The notes below the pieces were generated by a model. It was not told the DNA's origin, searched no databases, and saw nothing but the letters and a program-made list of their open reading frames with translations. The position numbers and the translations under genes were made by a program. This document shows positions 1-11,672 of a stretch of DNA of 64,000 bases, one piece after another; within the stretch, counting starts at the first letter, position 1; every line of letters begins with the position of its first letter. This stretch comes from Nageia nagi. Its lineage: Eukaryota; Plantae; Pinophyta. Where the stretch lies: assembly GCA_050084985.1 (NCBI GenBank), contig JBITNC010000001.1, positions 184,264,001-184,328,000 of the forward strand, given 5' to 3'.

Positions 1-1499
1 ATTGGAGACTCATGACCACATATTCATATTAAGAGTCTAATATATTCCTTTTTATTTGGTTAATTAGGGATCAAATTTGAAGAATGGAGCCTCGTGAACG
101 AAGGTATTCAAGTTTAGAGTATGGTATATTCCTTTTTATCTGGTTAATCATTTTCATTGTTAAGAGAGCATGATGTGAATGAGACATAGTATGTAGCTCA
201 ATCCCATGGTTATGGTGGCATATGTGAGTGGACTTCATATGGTTTTTTTTTATTCATTATTATATTGATGGGATAGTGACTATTATGTGAAGATAGAATC
301 ACTTTTAACAAAGCATTTTTTTTTCTAATAAGTGTAAGATCTCTACAACTTTTTGACATTCAAACATAAATCAGCTAAGGTTTATATATTTCAATTATAA
401 GATTGTTGTAAGAAAGGTTTTTTTTACCAAAAATATATTATGTGAAAATTAACAAAATAATAAAACCTAAGTAACAAAATACAATATGATAACTAAAAAA
501 TTGAAAATATGTAAATTGTAAGTTTGACCAAAAGTATTAAATGATGGAAATTAATATAAAATTAAAAATTATATATATACTTGATAAGTATTACTAAAAT
601 ATTCGATGCTCACTTAGAAAATGTTATAATATATTTTGTAGCACTAAAAAATCATAGTAATGATTATTATATAGTTGTACAATAACTCTTTGGTATTAAT
701 AGTAACTGGTTATATGCTTACCTAAAAAATATTATGATATTTTATGATTGATAGAAAGCCATAATAATAATTCTTATATTATTGAAACAATTCTTGGGTA
801 GTTGTAACAATTCCTTAACACTTATAATGATTGTTACATAGCGAAAATGATTCTTGGATTGTTGTAACAATCTTTGTATCTTGACATGGATATGGACTTT
901 GGTAATCTATGTTGTGACTTTATCTATTATAACTTATAATATGATGGTTGAAATTGAATATAAATCTTTGTAGAAAAGGGATCTTCTTATATGTGTAAAG
1001 CTTCATAATGGAAATTATATTTCATCAATAGAAAAATGATAGCATAATACCTTGAAACGAAGATCAATATTATACCATATATTAAATATCAAGGATTAGG
1101 TAAAGGTAAAGTATATTAATGTCCACCGAAGATCAATCAATCTATGAGAAATAAGGAGTTAAAAATTCGATGAATAATAATAAAATGATTTATTCAAAAG
1201 AAATGTTACAAACTTTTACAAGATAAAATAGTATTTTGTGAGTATACTTCAAAAATATATACGAATAGTAGACAATTGATCAAATATATTCAATTAAATG
1301 TAGTGACCATGTATGAATTTATAACTGTAAATATCAAAATACTATATAAAAAATAATAATAATACATTATTTTTCATCTTTAGTATATGATATAACGAAT
1401 TGACGGAGTATTTTAGGTGTACAAGTTAGCATTTTCCACTTGACTTATTCAGTAGCCTTTGTCATCTCCGAAATTTTCCTGATAAAATATTAATCACCA

Positions 1500-1751
1500 A
1501 GCTGCAGATAAGGTTAGCTCAAGTCTCCAATCCAATCCAACGGTTCCAACAAATTCCAAGATGTTTGGACTAATTTGGCCAGTTGCCAACATGGTTCTTT
1601 TCAACTAATCCCTGTGAAGCTTTCTGGAAGCTCCGGCTCCCCATCGAAGAAACCGTCCACACCTACATTCCTCTTCGCAAGCCGGCTCTGCCATCAAAAA
1701 CAATTCTCCTCAATACATAAATAAATATCTCTATCTCTCCTTGCAATTACA
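1500..1751 (+). promoter_or_regulatory. Proximal promoter of CASPL copy 1 (conserved with copy 2)
   Basis: Aligns to 50740-50946. A 48-nt identical block spans 1591-1638 = 50809-50856. GATAAG, CCAAT and CAACGG motifs are shared. TATA-like TACATAAATAAATA lies at 1714-1727, about 80-90 nt before the first ATG (1806). Confidence 0.6.
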
Positions 1752-1805
1752 GTGGCCTACGAACGATCCCTGGTTCGAATCCCCAACGAGATCTCATACC
1801 CTGCA

Positions 1806-2592
1806 ATGACGAAGCCCTCGGCACCAGCAGAACATCCAGAGGACACATCCCAAAAACCTCATACAATTACAAACACAAATGCCCACAAATTTTCGCCCAT
1901 GGAAAGCTACTCCCCCGAATCCCTACAATCTCAGCCGCACAATCTTTCTTCGCAGACAACAATCTCCGTCATCAGACAGAGAAAAGAGCGTCGCATGCGA
2001 TTGACGACTCTGGGCCTCCGATCTGCCGCTCTCCTCTTCTCCTTCTTGTCTTTCGTCATCATGGCCGCCAACAACCAGAACAATGGACAAAGCTTCGACG
2101 ATTACGAAGAATACAGGTAATAAAATTAATTGGTCTATCATAATCAAATAACAGCAATTTTTCTATAATTTGCAGCGCTCTGTGTACAGGTATTCTCTAG
2201 CCATATCAGTGCTGGCATTCGTATATTTGACGTGTCAGCTGGGCAAAGGGATTTATGAGATAGTTGCGGTCTACGCCTTGTGGCTGGAAGTCGTCGTTGC
2301 CTACGTAGATTTTATCGGCGATCAGGTTCGCCGCAAACCTCTGCCGATGATCTGTTCGTTCTGTGGATTTTGGTTATGATTTGTATATATGCGTATTTTG
2401 TAGGTGATGGCGTATCTGATGATCTCCGCCGCTTCGGCGGCGGCGTCATGGACGAATCGGCTGAGAGAAGGCGGCGATTCCAAATTCACGGACATGGCCG
2501 CCGGCTCCGTCAGCATGTTATTTTTGGGCTTTGCTGTCGTGGCGACTTCCTGTTTGCTGTCGGGCTACACAGTCAGCAGACACATCAGATGA
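1806..2592 (+). CDS. CASPL4B: CASP-like protein, subfamily 4B-like (DUF588/MARVEL four-TM protein), copy 1; exons 1806-2116, 2190-2325, 2404-2592 (211 aa; 180 aa if the ATG at 1899 is used)
   Basis: GT-AG introns 2117-2189 and 2326-2403 splice into a continuous frame. Motifs LGLR..LLFSFLSF.IMA, FDDYEEYRY.LAIS, VDFIGDQ|VMAYL.ISAAS, TNRLREG, FTDMAA.SVSM and LSGY are typical of CASPL4B. The region is a GC/CpG-rich island in an AT-rich background. Confidence 0.9.
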
Positions 2593-3600
2593 CAGAGCCT
2601 ATCAAAGAAGCTGAATAATGAGATTTTAATATCTTAATCTTGTTCTGATCTAAGTTTTAGATCTTGACCATGTTATATTTATTGATGTAATTTACTCCCA
2701 TTTATTTTATCCAATGTAATTGAAAATTAATAACTCTTGAGAGTTCATTGTTCATCATAAATTTTGGGGAATTCAACATTCGTGGCCGAAGTTCTTATAT
2801 GGAAAGGGAAAATTGCCCTTACTGATTTTTTTTACCCTTCTCTTTTTGTGCATTGAAAGTTTGGGCATGTTTGTTGTACATTAAATTGGATAATGAAGGT
2901 AAATAATATACTATTTACAATATTAGCAACCTCTCTCAAAAGATTCAAACTTTGTCCTCATATAACTTTTTGACTTTTTAAGGAAAACCTTTGATTTGTT
3001 GCATAATTTTTTATTCTGAAACCAAAGGTTCTAATTTCCCAAGTTTCACTAGTCAATATTGTGTTGTACCTAAATGTTCTCAATCCACTATTCTTCAAAT
3101 ATCTAATTTTACTCTTACTTACTCAACTTGATAAAATTTAATTTTAGTAAGGTCATTCTTCAATAATTTATTGAAATAATTTTTATGGTTTGATTAGACA
3201 TTGCTTAATTGCATAAATTTCACCCTTATTACTATCAAATCAATAATATATCCTCATTGCATAATTTTTTTATTTTATTAATATAATAAATTAAAACCAT
3301 TACGTATAAATTATCAAATTTTAACAAGAAATAGCATACATTCCTAAAAAACTTAAGAATGGTTATTTTATTTATAACTTTATGGTTTATACCCTTTTAT
3401 CACTTAACATCCTTATCCCATCATTCTAATCTTGAAATGAAAAAATTCCATAATTATAAAAAGAAAAAAAATATAATCCTACAGATGTTGTCTTTTAGAG
3501 AATCTTGTACTACTTTTTTTCATCATAGAATCCTCCAAGCTAAACTCCTTTTACAACCTTATCAATTCAACTAGTGATTGGCTTTATATTATATCCATGA

Positions 3601-3840
3601 GGGGGAAGGGGTGGGGGAGGTTTTGTTAGTAGGAAATGGTAAATAACATGTAAGTACATACAGGGTTTTCTTTTAATATCAAGCTAAAGTATTGATATAT
3701 CACTATGTATTTTGTAAGGGGAGGCGTGGAGATTTTTTTTTTTGTGGGGGGGGGGGGCAAAGGGGTTACTAGGGGAGGGTTTTTAAGGGGGATAAGGGAT
3801 ATGAGGTAAAATAGGGGTTGAATAAGGAAAGGGATGGGGG
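3601..3840 (+). repeat. G-rich low-complexity tract with several G3+ runs (putative G-quadruplex)
   Basis: GGGGGAAGGGGTGGGGGAGG at 3601; a long G run then CAAAGGGGTTACTAGGGGAGGG at ~3746-3779; further GGGG runs to 3840. Confidence 0.5.
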
Positions 3841-4822
3841 TTATATTTGAGTTACATGCCTACCTTAATTATTTCATTTTATTGATAATCACATTCTCAA
3901 CCTCCTTTTCTTTTGCAACCTACGTGAATTATGAGCTAATTAACATTGGCAAAAGAGAAGAACACTAAATTCATAAAAATATAATACAAATGCAAATATG
4001 ATAATCTATCATAAATTATCCATAAGGGGATAAAATAACTATTTGAGCTTTGACTCTTTTTTGGGATGTTAATTGGAAAATGTGTGGTTATGAAGTTACT
4101 CTTGCGAGTTATCACTACCTATTGAATGATTTTGATTAGTTTAATCCTAATTTTAATTAATAAAATCATATTAATTAAAATTATTTTGTATTTTAATACT
4201 TCAAAGCTTAGTCTAATTTAAATTACATTATTAATTAGAATAATTATTTAATTACCTATGATTGAATATTATTAACTTTCATAATCCTAACTATTTTCTA
4301 ACACTCAATGCTTAGTTTCCAAGGCTTATAACCTACATCAATACTTTATTTTTCATTTAATAAAATCTAATTTTAAAATCCCATATATCACTTAAATAAG
4401 CCTAACCTAGGTAAATATTGAAATCGTGAAAATAAGAAAAAAAATTAAAAAAAGGTGGGATGATAAACGGATCGTGCACATAGATCATGATCTATCAAAG
4501 ACTCTTTAAAAATGGATTTTGGTTGAAGGATTTAATGCACATTTTCCTTGCTATAGATACAAATGCTCACTTCTCTCTATGTTCTTTAACTCCTGCAAAC
4601 CTACATCGCCAACAATGCCCTTCGAGAGGGTAAACTACCTCATTCACTCACCAATCGCATTGAACTTATATTTTACTTGTTCACGCATAAGTTCCTATAA
4701 TATATACTTATCCACATGTATGTCAACTATAGAAGTTTGGTGAAAGCTTGGAAATTTTTTTATTATATGACTGAATGAGACATGGCTTTGGTATTAATAA
4801 TATTTCACCAAATACAATAAAT

Positions 4823-5080
4823 AACAATAGCAGTCCAACCAAATCAATGCAATTTCCCATCATCCTCAAAGTATGCACCAAATTTGGAGATTTGTAATAG
4901 GGTTTATACATAAATCAAAGACTCTTTTAAATTGAATTTTCTTTCATCAAACGTAACAAACAACAACATTAGTCCAACCAGATCAATTCACCTTTCTCAA
5001 CATACTAAAAGCATACACCAAACTGGGAGATTTGTAATAGGATTTATACATATATGAAATACTTTTTAAAAGCAGATTTC
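4823..5080. repeat. Imperfect tandem duplication (~135-bp unit x2)
   Basis: AGTCCAACCA.ATCAAT...CACCAAA.T.GGAGATTTGTAATAGG.TTTATACATA occurs at ~4832-4912 and ~4971-5051. Confidence 0.65.
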
Positions 5081-5210
5081 ATGGATTACAATAATCATAA
5101 GATATGCACAAAATAATTAAATATAAATTTTTTTCAAAATTCTACATTCTAACATAATACATGATTCCTAATGATGTAATACTTAATGGAAGTGATGGTA
5201 AGTGACACTA

Positions 5211-5805
5211 TAATTCACGGATATGGTTGTCAGCTCCATTAGCATATCATTCATGGGTTTTGTTATCATGGTGACTTCCTATTTGTTGTTGGGATACAAA
5301 GTCAGCAAACACATCAGATGACACAACCTATCAAAGAAGCTAAATATTTGAGATTTGAATATCTTAATCTTATTTTTATCTAATTTTTAGATATTGACCA
5401 TGTTATGATTATTGATAAAATTTATTATCAGTCATTTTATCTAAAGTAATTGAAATTTATTAATCACTCTTGAGAGTTCATTATTCATCATAAATTTTGG
5501 TGAATTCAACATTCATGATCAAAGTTCTTATATGGAAAGGGGGAGTTTCCCTTTTTATAACATTATAGTGGGATCGTAAGGCAATCAATTGTTTAACATA
5601 TGTACACAAAAAAGTATTGATTTTTTTACACTTCTCTTATGTATTGAAATCTTGGGCATGTATGGTATACTTTAAATTGGATAATGAAGGTTGATAATAT
5701 GATGTTTACAATATTAATTATTAACTTCTCTCAAATATTCAAACTTTATTTTCATAATTTTTTTTTCATTTTTTAAGGAAAATATTTGATTTATTACATA
5801 GTTTC
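5211..5805 (+). pseudogene. Decayed relic of a third CASPL4B copy (3' part of exon 3 plus 3' UTR/flank)
   Basis: 5211-5321 aligns without gaps to 2482-2592 (reads *FTDMVVSSISISFMGFVIMVTSYLLLGYKVSKHIR*). Homology continues through the 3' flank (matches ~2593-3010). No upstream exons are visible. Confidence 0.88.
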
Positions 5806-5810
5806 TTTTT

Positions 5811-6900
5811 AACGAAAAGGGTAATTTATATTAAATTAACATTTTAACATACAAAAAGTGTGTAAGTGGTAATAAACACATCTCAAAATCATAATACCTT
5901 AATTACAGGTAGGATAAAAAAATATCATGAAAAATAGTATGTGGTCCCTACATTAAAAACATCCAACTATCATGCAGTAATCTAATTTAAAGGCATCTGG
6001 GACAAATCTACCTTGAGGCTCCTCATTCGTTGCCACATGTTTCTCATTTTCTACCATATTTTTCTATTGGTTGGTGGGAATGGATTGGAGGTCCCAACTA
6101 TCATTGACATAGGAAGTAGTAATATCTTCATTAATTTCCACTCCACCCCATCTAGTTACCTAATGTATAGGAGATGATAGGTGAGACCATTCAGAATGAG
6201 AGTGTACCACTTGCACATCAACTCCTTAGCCAACCATAGGAGAACCATTAAAGCTACGAGTATACCATCTAGTGGTGACATTGGGTGGTGGGGTTAGTCA
6301 ATTCCATGCATTGTGTTGTTGTGATGAACCACCTCCTCTTTCATTAAAGTGATGTCAACTAGAAGGAGGTTGAGCCCAATGGTGCTCATGCAAAGAGCCA
6401 TGCTCACGTGGTGGAGGACACCTACAAGAGTGTGAGTGAGAGTGCTCCTATAACACATTATTTGGTGGCATCCTACTGATTGAATAAGAAGTATTTCCCC
6501 AATACTTTAAGAGGGATATGAGGTGTTCCGCATCCAACTTCAATTTCTTAGCTTGATCATATATCTAAAAGCATACATCATAGAAATTTTTGATTTTAGT
6601 TACAAAGGAAAAATCAATATAAGGCTTAGTATTCTTAAAAATAATCTTATTTCTAGCCTTCCAAATATGTAACAAAATGTTGACTCTCAACATTTACCAA
6701 ACTTCTCATAAAGGGAGAGTGAGGGTAAAGGAGTCTCCTAACACTAGACCAAAAAAGGGCTTTGGGGATGATAATTTTGAGGTGATTTTGTTGTGATAGT
6801 TTTTAACTACCTCTATTTTTGGATTAAATGGTTGTTTTGTTGGGACGATTTATATCTACCTCCAAAAATATTTTTAGGGTGGAAAAAAGCCTCCCTTTAG
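5811..6900 (-). mobile_element. Degenerate L1-type LINE fragment (ORF2 C-terminal region)
   Basis: The minus strand at 6666-6631 reads IWKARNKIIFKN, the plant L1 W-x-IWK-x-RN-xx-IF motif. A T-rich tract at ~5802-5810, where CASPL relic homology stops, fits a poly(A) 3' end. Boundaries are approximate. Confidence 0.5.
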
Positions 6901-9289
6901 TAAAAATGAGAAAAAATAAAAAAAGGCATGCATGAGAACTTGGGGTTCACTTTGATTTTTTTGAGCATAAGGGTTGAGGAGATAGGGTATTTTATTTATT
7001 ATTGAGATGAGAGAGGAGACGGGAGACTGGACAAGAGTCAAGGAGGGGTGTTGGAGAGAGGGGAATTTTATGCATTAGTGAGATGAGAGAGGAGAGGGGA
7101 TATCGATGGCAGGCACTGAGGTACCTTAGCACATGCCAACATTATTGATTTGAATGGTATTTAAATATTTTTGTATGAGGTTTAATGATGGCTAAAGATG
7201 CTTCTAAAGATTTAAGGCCTCCATCTATGCAAGTTCTTTATTATGTTCACCCTATCCATTTGAGAATCCTACATCAAAATTATGGGGTTTTAGCTAATAA
7301 GAATTGATTATGTGATGTGTTTATCCTTTCAAGGGAACATATCGATAGGGAATATAAATAGGTTTTCCTTTACTACAATGAAAGGGGACTATTAGGGCTA
7401 GAGCTGGTAGGCATCATTGCTTTAGGAGCATGGTGTAGTGATACCTCATCTTTTCTTTACTAAGTTCACCTTTCATTTTGAGGACTACATGGTTTTCCTC
7501 TTCATCACCTTTGAAGTGGTAAGTCTAGCTTTTATGCCTTAATTTCTTATTTGAAACTTGAATGTGGGGTGGGTATGTTGTAAAAGTTTGGGATTTTATT
7601 TTTTTGGGTTTAGGCTAATACCATGGCTGGTAATAATGGTTAAATTCTACCTCTTTAACTGACAGCTTATTGAGTAATTACCTTAAAATTGGTATAATTT
7701 ATCTTGAGTTTTACCATGTCTCATTTTCCCCCTTTTCCTTATGATTATGAGATAGATTATCATAAATAATAACGAGCAATTTGCTATTATTCTAAGATTA
7801 GACCTTTTGAGTAAATGGTTTATGGTATCATTTATTTGGAATCATTTTGTAGAAATGAAGGTCTTCAAATTTTTAGAGTCCCAAAGTAACTTTAAAGATA
7901 GCAATTTAAGGGTTGAAATATGATGTGTGTATATTTGTGGATGGCTAATCTCATGTAAATATTTTTATTATATTTTTGGTATGATGCATTTCTCCCATTG
8001 TATGATTGAAGTAATGTAATTCAAAATTCATGAACAAGAAAAATATGCATGTTATCATGAATCCATGATAAATAATTTAAGCTAATGGACTTATTGGAGT
8101 GTCATCTCATGATTAGTTTTTCCCCTTTTCTCTTAGTGTAACCTTAGGCAGTGTTTCATGTTGATACTTTTTAAATATCGATAATAGGATGAATATGGAA
8201 TTATTTATTTTTCCTTTGATCTTTAAATCACATGTAAGTTGGGATCTTGTATTCATTTTGCATTAGTGATCGGTTTAGTGTCTCTTGATAATTAACACTG
8301 ACTGATTGCTTTGTTGAAATTGGCAAGATAAGAGGTTTATTAGAGTGTGTGTATTGGATATATTTTTTGTAAATGATCCATAAAAATAAGAATAAGTTTA
8401 TACTTGTAGATATCCTTTTTGTAAATGACACACAAATAGGAACAAGTATAGATGTTTTTATGTTGTAATAGTTAATACATAAATATAAAGATATTTATGC
8501 TTATGTTTATATGCTTTATTGACATAATTTGGGTTATATTTGATGTTGATGCCAATATTTAAATCTAAGATAATAATGATGTATAATGATTCATTGGGAA
8601 CTTGGAAAGTTACCGAGCATTTCAAGTTATGAAAAATCACATATTTGGTTCTCTCTTTACACTTGCAAATTATAAACAACAATGACATGATTATAAGCAT
8701 TGACTTATGAGAAACCACTATGATAAGTATGATAATGATACCAACATAATTGTTAATCAATGCTATATATTAATAATTATATCTACAATATCCTATTTGA
8801 TATGCTATGTTGCTTATCTCTACAATAAGCACAACAAGATATAAAGATTGGATGTCTTTTCTCCTAGATAACCTGTACAAAACATCATGAATTAGAAAAG
8901 TCAAGGATAGCTACATTTACAATATCTCAAACAATATATCACCATTATGGTTCATCATTGTTCATAATGTTACCATACAACCAACATGGATGCTTAAACT
9001 ATAGATTAAAATTGTAGATTTTGCAATATGATGAGGCAATTGCAACTGTACCATATGACATGAAATGATTTTTTTCTATATAAACCCTAAATTGGGTATG
9101 TGGATGTATCAAATGAAAATAATGGTTTTATGTTTTATTTCATTTTGCATTCATGTCTATCAGGCTTTATTTTCCATTTCATTTTTTTTAGAAAAAGTGC
9201 TACATGGGTGTGTGTATGTGTCTACTTGGTACTTGTAAATCAAAATGTTAGGGTAGTAGTATTGTAGAACATATTTGAATAATTTTATA

Positions 9290-10290
9290 TCATATGGTAC
9301 AATAGCATCATTTCAAACCAATATGGTGTAATTAGATCATTTCGTATCATATGTTGGTGCATTTGGATCATTTTATATAATATGGTGCACTTGATCATGT
9401 TGGTACATTTGTATCATTCTATATCATTTAGTGCATTTGATTATGAACATGCCTTTAGTTCCATTGGGACATCCTTTGGTAGCCCATGGCCAGCATCATA
9501 ATTTATCTCACTTTGATTGAGCTCGGATGCCAAAATACTCATAAACTTTGAATTGGGTATGTGGATGTATCTACTTGGTGCTTTGTAAATTTAATGTTGT
9601 GGTTTTGTATGTCTGAATAGACATGTATATGATGTATGGAACAATACTCAAGGCCCATATACATGTATGTAAAATATGAGCTCCAGGAAAAGGTATGAAC
9701 CTTCATAAAAGAGTAGTTAAAAGTGGTTTTGCCTTGAATATTTGTGATTACCCTGATAGACATGTATGCAAAATATGAAATAAAATACAAGGCCCTATAT
9801 TTTTTTCATAAGATGAATGATGTGATATTTATACTTGGTGCTTGTAAATCGAAATATTGTGGTAGTAGTACTATAGAGCATATTTGAATCGATTGAATAA
9901 TAATCAAAATTGTAGAGCATATTTGAATCATTTGAGAATAATTCATGATGTTTTGACTAGCTTATCCTAGGAAAAAGATATCTTATTGAGGTAAGATAAC
10001 ATAACATTTAAATTTTTGAGTTGAATAGTTAATAAGTATTACAAGCATATTTTTGCCAACTATATCATTTTTTATTGTATAGCATACTTAGATAAATTTC
10101 ATATCATATGTTGGTGCATTTGGATCATTTTATATCATATGTTGCACTTGTTATTTTATATCATATGGTACAGTAGCATTGTTTCATACTGATATGGTGT
10201 AATTAGATCATTTCATATAATATGTTGATGTGATTTGGATCTTTTATATATCATATATGGTGCACTTGATCATGAACATGCCTTTATATA
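9290..10290. repeat. Two clusters of degenerate ~30-bp repeats (CATATG(TT)GGTGCA(T/C)TTG(G)ATCATTTTATAT) at ~9290-9455 and ~10070-10285
   Basis: The repeated motif is visible in both clusters. TTGGGTATGTGGATGTATC is also duplicated at ~9092 and ~9553. Probably retroelement non-coding sequence. Confidence 0.55.
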
Positions 10291-10305
10291 TTATCATTTG
10301 CATAT

Positions 10306-10311
10306 TATATA

Positions 10312-10347
<36 letters not shown>

Positions 10348-10350
10348 TAT
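10306..10350. repeat. Compound microsatellite (TA)n(TGTA)n
   Basis: Direct reading of the sequence. Confidence 0.9.
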
Positions 10351-11199
10351 TATTGGTTAATTCTATTGTTCCATCCTTTGAGAATCCATGGCCATTGGGC
10401 TCACTATGATTGAGCTTAGGTGCCTCGAGTAACTAAGGATGATATATATTGGAAGCATTCTTCCATTTGGAATAATGCTTACAAACTACACCTAATTTAA
10501 AAAATAAAAAATATGATAAAACATCATCACATATATCCATAAAGCGATGACTAACACTGCCACTTTTAAAATATAATGAGGCAGGTTTAGGTGCAATTAT
10601 AGTCGCCTGCATTGGTTAATATAGCAAAAGTTTATAACTACCTTGGTATGATATTAGAATGCACTATTTGATGCCATATACCAATGGTGTGTAGCCATCA
10701 TTGCAGAGAGGAGATATTTGGTGGTGGAATCATAGGCAATGAGCAGATAACTATCAAAAAATATGATAGGTGATGATTTAAAACTACATCCAAAAGCCTT
10801 TTTTGGTATAATGTAATAAATCATATTCCTAAGAAAAAATGGATGGGAATATATGGGATAAAAAGGGAAGAAACCCATTCCCAAGCTACAGAACCATAAT
10901 TACAATTCTAGAACAAATGGAGATAATTTTTGAGTTCTTGGAAAAACGGGCACCAAGAAACACCTAGATGAGTAAGTTAGAAACCTAGCAATAAATTGTG
11001 ACACAAAATGCTCTATGTAAAAAAATCTTTTTTCGGGTTTCAAGTAAGAGACCCAAGTTGATTGAAAGCGATGTTTCCATTATGTATGTTTGGAAATAAC
11101 CAAAGCATGACTCAACCAAGGTACCAAATGTAATATGTAGATCAATCAATGAATCAACAACAACCATATTATTAAATGTAAGATATATCAAGTCAAAAA

Positions 11200-11672
11200 A
11201 CTCCAACAATTAATGATGATATCTTAAATAGGTTACAATATATGGAACAAAGGATCATTAATCAAACTTCAAGTAAGATAAGCTACAACAATATCATCAA
11301 TGAACCTATCAATCCATTAGTTCCAATTAAGAAATTTCCTTTTAGGTTTGAGGTATCACATATTGATAAATGTAAAGAAAAATAAGATCTAAGGGAATAT
11401 TTAAAAAAAGTAAAATACTCTTGCAATATCATATCAAATGATTATTTTCTTCTGTAATGAACATTTCCTATGATGTTAGCAGATCAAGCTCTATATTGTT
11501 CACAACTCAACATTTACTCTTTTGGAAAATTGGTTGATCTATTATTGAACCATTTTTCCATCAACATGAAAAAAAAAGCATCTATCATGGACTTAAACAA
11601 AATATCACAATTTGAGGATGAATTAATCAATGATTATATGGAGAGTTATTGTAACTAATTTGACATATACCT
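11200..11672 (+). pseudogene. Ty3/gypsy (Tat-like) gag relic, host element A, 5' part
   Basis: Reads INDDILNRLQYME...PIKKFPFRFEVSHIDKCKEK*DLREY, a decayed FxxPxxxxYxGxxDP gag motif. Homologous to the minus-strand ORF 39364-39570. Resumes at 27554 after the Copia insertion. Confidence 0.65.

Noticed and set aside
1752-1805. GTG start at 1752 (and TTG at 50899) given by the ORF track
   Set aside because: Non-ATG starts from the ORF caller; eukaryotic context favours ATG 1806/1899 and 50974.
1923-2618. Antisense and alternative-frame ORFs over copy 1 (1923-2147, 2322-2516, 2280-2618), and equivalents over copy 2
   Set aside because: Shadows of a GC-rich spliced CDS; no independent start context or domain.
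3359-10884. Numerous 60-100 aa Ile/Phe/Tyr-rich ORFs (also 28.5-34.8 kb, 40.9 kb, 57.4 kb)
   Set aside because: Expected by chance in AT-rich DNA; no splice structure, CpG island or domain support.
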